Notes under the pieces: generated by a model
Seen by the model: the letters and a program-made list of their open reading frames with translations, nothing else
Databases searched by the model: none
Told to the model about the DNA's origin: nothing
Program-made: the position numbers and the translations under genes
Part shown: in pieces, positions 63,509 through 64,000 of the stretch
Layout of the letters: each line of letters opens with the position of its first letter
Position numbering within the stretch: the stretch's first letter is position 1
NCBI GenBank assembly: GCA_038087875.1
Contig: JAXLNO010000326.1
Location: forward strand, 62,001 to 126,000
DNA from: Malacoraja senta
Taxonomy: Eukaryota
DNA length: 64,000 nucleotides
Direction: 5' to 3'

Positions 63509-64000
63509 TTGCACTGCCATTTAATATGATCATGGCTGATCATCCAACTCAGTATCCTGTATCTGCCTTCTCTCCATACCCCCTGATCCCTTTAGCCACA
63601 AGGGCCACATCAAACTCCCTCTTAAATATAGCCAATGAACTGGCCTCATCTACTTTCTGTGGCAGAGAATTCCACAGATTCACCACTGTGTGTGAAATTT
63701 TCTCATCTCGGTTATCCTTATCCTTAAACTGTGACCCCTTGTTCTGGACTTCCCCAACATCTGGAACAATCTTCTTGCATCTAGCCTGTCCAACCCCTTA
63801 AGAATTCTGTAAGTTTCTATAAGATCCCCCCTCAATCTCCTAAATTCCAGCAAGTACAAGCCGATTCTATCCAGTCTTTCTTCATATGAAAGTCCTGCCA
63901 TCCCAGGAATCAGTCTGGTGAACCTTCTCTCTACTCCCTCTATGGCAAGAATGTCTTTCCTCAGATTAGGAGACCAAAACTGTACGCAATATTCCAGGTG
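63509..64000 (-). mobile_element. CR1 LINE 3' fragment (runs off the window end)
   Basis: LSYEERLDRIGLY.LEFRRLRGDLIETY motif. Confidence 0.85.

Overview
This is eukaryotic, repeat-dense genomic DNA. The repeat and gene repertoire (CR1, L1, Rex1-like and Penelope retroelements, a tRNA/V-type SINE, a CARD-NACHT-LRR gene) suggests a cartilaginous fish such as a skate or ray; that is an inference. The host-gene scaffold is an NLR immune-receptor cluster: (i) a multi-exon minus-strand CARD-like/NACHT/LRR pseudogene (~24.5-46.9 kb) whose putative first exon at ~57.1 kb is hit by a Gypsy element, (ii) an empty-site paralog of that first exon at ~0.3 kb, and (iii) a decayed plus-strand NLR remnant (exons at 3.1 and 22.9 kb). 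Inserted elements include an 11-kb Helitron with a decayed Rep-helicase, an in-frame 1659-bp duplication of its Rep domain and a putative spliced 5' leader; a 2.65-kb non-autonomous relative carrying expanded minisatellites; nested mini-Helitrons; a full-length Gypsy element with a tRNA-Trp PBS; several L1/CR1/Rex LINEs; Harbinger and hAT MITEs; and solo LTRs. Three non-coding retroposons share a covarying hairpin but carry different LINE tails. No intact host protein-coding gene, CRISPR array or rRNA is visible. All calls were made by eye, without database searches.
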